A stretch of 64,000 nt of DNA from NCBI GenBank assembly GCA_001662655.1, contig KV460265.1; one strand, 5' to 3'. Positions 61,474 through 64,000 of this stretch are shown in pieces. The notes under the pieces are model-generated. The model did no database searches, was not told the origin of the DNA, and was given only the letters and a program-made list of their open reading frames with translations. Position numbers and translations under genes: made by a program. Source of the DNA: Pseudogymnoascus verrucosus. Lineage: Eukaryota. The first letter of the stretch is position 1; each line of letters opens with the position of its first letter.

Positions 61474-63890
61474 TTTGTGTGCGTGTTTTTTTTTTGGGGG
61501 TGGTTGGTTGTATGTGTGTGGGGGGTTGTTGGTGGTGTATTATATATGTTGTTGAAGTGATATTAAAGCAGTCAAACTTGAATACGAAAGCAGCAAGGCG
61601 ATGAAAAAAGAAGTTCGTGGTTATTAGTAGTGTACCGTTCGAGAAATCAGTCGAATGTTCGAGATGGAAGGTGTCTTATAAAGCCTTTCCACTGGTAGGT
61701 AGTGATGGTGGTGGTTGGTGGTTGACAGTGAGTGAATGAGTGATTGTCTGTGGTGGTAGAGTTGAGTCACACGGCGTCAGATGTGCGAGTATGCCTCGTC
61801 CTTCGGTTCTGGCTGACAAGGAACCCGTTAGATTGGTGTAAGACAGACCGATGTAACGGAGAGGGGGAGATGAACTCACTGCAGTAATTTACGGCGTGAG
61901 TCAGGTCAAAGGAAGGGGAATGTCTTTGTTTGGTTTGCGAGTGTCGCCGTTGTGATAAAGAGATGCGCTCGGATGTGGCGTGTGGCTGAGTGTGTGGTGG
62001 GGATTAGGGAAATGAGGTATGAGTATGAGTAACAAACGGAAATAACAACGATAGACGCTTCACGAGGGGTAATAACGATGAAGAATATATATATATATAG
62101 TAGGTTTGAGGAAGTATAATCAGGTTGATGAAGTTGAATAGGTTCGTGAGTTTGGGTAGGTGGTGGATATAAGGCTACAGATAAGATAGCAAGTTCGCCC
62201 TTCTTCCCTCTCCTGCTCTCCCCGAGGTATAAGTAGGCACACCCACAGCTTAGCTACCCGGGTATTCCACGCCGATACGGATCACGTCTCAGCCTATCGT
62301 GGGGAACGTGGTTCTGTTGCCGCATGACCATGGTTTCGTATGTATGTATGTACAGTACCTCCTCCCATAATATATAGATACAGTAGAAGGCCATGGCAAA
62401 GACCAAGGCTATGGCTGTTCTATACGTACAATACCTGTCTCAGCCTGCCCAGCCTGCCTCTCTGACTGTACCTCACCCATTCCCCTCCAAGTATCTACTA
62501 TACGTACATAAACTGCGCGTTTATATCCCTCCATACAAACACCAGAAACACCGCACATGAACCCCATCCCATCCCATCCATCCATCCACCTGAATCAAAC
62601 ACCTCACCTGCCTCTATGACGCTCCACGCCCCTTTGTTGACAGTAGCCGAGGGCGGTGCAAGGAGGGTACCCACCAAGGTAACCACGATGATGTCTTATC
62701 GCGCTGCGTGGTGAGATAAGGCGTGTTTGTGTGTGGGGGGGCACGGGGATTGTTGGGGATGGATGTACTGCCCCGTATGTTTTTGTAGGGAGGGGTACAT
62801 GGGGGGCGGGGAGAGGTGAGATTGCCGTATCGCGTATCTCCGTGCCTGGTGTTGGTGCTGGGCTTTCCGCTTTTTGTATCTGGTGTATCGGCGGGCTTTG
62901 TTGGAGGAGAAGATTGAGGGGAGAGGGGATTACCTAGATGTTGTGGGATGTGATACTGTACACACTGTACTGTATGCCTTCGATATACATGTTTACCCCA
63001 CGATCCTCCCCCTTCATCCCCATCCATCCCTCCCCAACCACACCCGCACATACATACATCCATATCCATCCACCCCCCATCTCCATCTCCATCACCACTC
63101 CCCATCCCCCCCTCCCTCCCGTGCCCCGATCTCCCCGATGACTCGTCCAAACGCACCCGCCGCCCTGACCCTGATTGACATCACAGCGCATCTCCTTCCC
63201 ACCCTTCCCTGTCCCCTCCGTTTCCCCAGATTAGATACAGTAGTACCACAGGAATAGACACGCCTGGCCTACTTGGCTAGGCTAGGGGATCATGTGAAGT
63301 TGTGTTTGGCTGGAGGCGTGGAGGATGGTGGTATGAGAGAGGGAGGGATGGTGGTACGGGGTCCCAGCCTTGCTTTGGGGTTGTTGGTGTCATCTGGGTG
63401 CTTGCTTGGTGTGGCGATGAGCGCTGGGGGCTGTTCTGTCAGCCTGGCTTGATGATGTTGGCTCGGTGACTCCAACAACATCTCTAGAATCACTATCATC
63501 AAAGCAGCAAAGCATCAGGGAAGGTATCAAATAGTAAACAGTTCTTCTCCAGCGTAAACAGTACTCCAAAACCCGTCTCCAAGCGTCGATGTTGAGAGGC
63601 AGATGCACGTGATCATAACGTCTGCTTACATAATCACCCATCCGACGACATCCGTCTTTGTCTCCAGTGTCTCCCCACCCCTTCTTTCATCCACCAAGAA
63701 GCAATGGGGATGAAAACCACATCATTTTCCCAATCAATAAGTAGGAATTCCAATTCAATTCAATTTAATTCAAGTACCATATCCTCGCAGTTCACATTCA
63801 CATTTCCAAAACCGGTGAAAAATGAAGTCTCACAATCAGATTCTCGTATACGGTACAGAAAGTTCTACCCTACTTGCCCACCCTGCCCCG

Positions 63891-64000
63891 TCAATATCCT
63901 CGATATCCCGGCTCGTTGGAGACTTCCTCAGACAGCTTGTTTGCGAGTTCCTCGGGCAGCTCAGTGGCACTTGTGTTCAACGTTGAACTGCGGCGTGCAG
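63891..64000 (-). CDS. Possible 3' end of a gene running off the window (...TELPEELANKLSEEVSNEPGYRGY-stop)
   Basis: Open frame with coding-like composition up to the window edge. Confidence 0.35.
   Translation of the reverse strand, partial: ARRSSTLNTSATELPEELANKLSEEVSNEPGYRGY

Noticed and set aside
61600..63800. Several short ORFs in purine/pyrimidine-skewed sequence
   Set aside because: Low-complexity intergenic/UTR DNA with no recognisable domain or consistent gene structure.

Overview
Eukaryotic DNA from a filamentous ascomycete: short GT-AG introns with CTAAC branch points and RIP-like mutation. 0-17 kb is housekeeping. It holds arg-2/CPA1 (small subunit of arginine-specific carbamoyl-phosphate synthase) with a spliced, three-exon arginine attenuator peptide uORF missed by the ORF track, then the divergent fatty acid synthase alpha/beta pair. 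A complete but RIP-inactivated hAT transposon (TIRs, 8-bp TSD) sits at 17.2-19.8 kb, followed by two SDRs, one intronless and bacterial-looking. 22.5-45.1 kb is a compositionally distinct, apparently catabolic gene cluster. It encodes a CMD-family protein, two DAL5-type MFS permeases, a 12-exon SDR, a Baeyer-Villiger monooxygenase, a Zn2Cys6 regulator, a metallo-beta-lactamase-fold lactonase, a quinone/enone reductase, an HNL-like cupin, a Zn alcohol dehydrogenase and a semialdehyde dehydrogenase. These enzymes can be ordered into a ring-opening route (cyclic alcohol/ketone -> lactone -> hydroxy acid -> diacid); this is inference and the substrate is unknown. The rest contains an ECM33-like membrane protein, a PL1 pectate lyase, a membrane protein of unknown function, a secreted protein with a basic Cys-rich head and 19 acidic repeats, a clade D beta-carbonic anhydrase with a divergent regulator-like gene, and hypothetical genes. 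All exon boundaries were read by eye and family assignments come from motif recognition, not database searches.
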